The notes beneath the pieces were generated by a model that was not told the origin of the DNA, searched no databases, and saw nothing but the letters and a program-made list of their open reading frames with translations. Below are positions 62,933-64,000 of a stretch of 64,000 nucleotides of DNA, one piece after another. Source of the DNA: Epiperipatus broadwayi (taxonomy: Eukaryota > Animalia > Onychophora); NCBI GenBank assembly GCA_028023455.1, contig JAQFVV010000005.1, forward strand, positions 23,312,001 through 23,376,000. The letters run 5' to 3'. Positions within the stretch are counted from its first letter, which is position 1; each line of letters starts with the position of its first letter. Both the position numbers and the translations under genes were made by a program.

Positions 62933-64000
62933 CAATATATAAATGCATTATAGATGATGAGAAAATAGTAATTACTTTAAGCTTTTTGTAATGATTCTTG
63001 TGGCTACTGAGTTTATGCTACCTCAAGGTATAATCAATATTTTTTTTTTCTTAAAGATTAGATGTTAGTTATATAGTATTATACAAGTTATTGATGAGAG
63101 ACGTGTTATCTTGAAATACAGGCCATGTTTGTCAAGATAATTATCTGAAATATTTATCTCACACTGCCTCAAAAATAAATAGAATTTACTATGTAGATAT
63201 TAAGATTAGCTGTTACAGTATAACTGTATTTAACAAGAGATGTAATGATAAATCAGTGAGTCTTAAAACAAATCGTAAACAAGATCAATATTGTTTAATT
63301 TAATAATTACATCGTTTTTATATACATATAATGTCATATTTATAGTTATAGTTTTCTTCACTTTTCATAAAAGATGTGAAAACGAGTGTTTGCTTATTAC
63401 CCCCCCCCCTCCAAATAAAACTATATTTATTCTAATTTATCACTGAATATTACATAACTGCTGTTTCCAGAATACTATACTGACATTTTTTTACTTATAT
63501 AAATACAAGCAGAAGCATTTTTAAAATCACATCCATACTTGATTAAGGAATTATGCCATTGTATGCCACCATAGCGTAATTGTAACTCAAATATAATGGT
63601 AATAGCTTATATGTTTATTTTTTCTCTGTGAAAGCAATTTTTTAATTAAAACCACAAGGTATTACAGTATAAAATTATGCTGCCATAGTGTGACGGTAAT
63701 TGAATAGATATTTGTAGTAGCATATATAATATCTTGTGTCATGTCCTGAATAAAAAAAAAATCGATTTTAATTCAAATATTAAAAATTATATTTATTAAA
63801 ATCATCATATATTAATTAGTAGAGTAAGAATAATATTTTGATCTGTTCTTTGCTTCAAATTGTGTATATTTTTAAATATATATGTATGATTGTTGCAATT
63901 TGAAATGAGCATATCTATCAATAAATGTTATATAATTGATTTATTGACAAGTTTATTTGAATCTCTGAATTTATCGATACAGAAACAGTAATAAAAACAG

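Overview
Very AT-rich, CpG-depleted eukaryotic DNA, probably from an invertebrate animal (inference). The window is mostly transposon debris: RTE and other non-LTR RT relics, a dead Tigger/pogo transposon, a Tc1/mariner-type MITE, two decayed Penelope-like elements (PLEs; RT plus C-terminal GIY-YIG), and several foldbacks. There is one clear spliced gene (CCCH zinc finger, 43575-44501), head-to-head with a probable first exon on the minus strand. The main result is two distinct families of non-coding repeats, each built around a minimal type I hammerhead ribozyme motif with a palindromic stem III. Family A (monomer about 425-455 nt) occurs as six insertions. Each has a 12-15 bp target-site duplication, a near-fixed terminus and internal inversions; two copies are longer than one monomer, and one has captured about 290 bp of its own flank. 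Family B (monomer about 730-770 nt) forms a head-to-head tandem array at 55.8-58.6 kb, plus an orphan at 29.47 kb. Together they look like retrozyme-like, possibly circular-RNA-based, non-autonomous retroelements, plausibly mobilised by PLEs. Self-cleavage, circularisation and novelty are inferences that I could not test here. All alignments and translations were done by eye.
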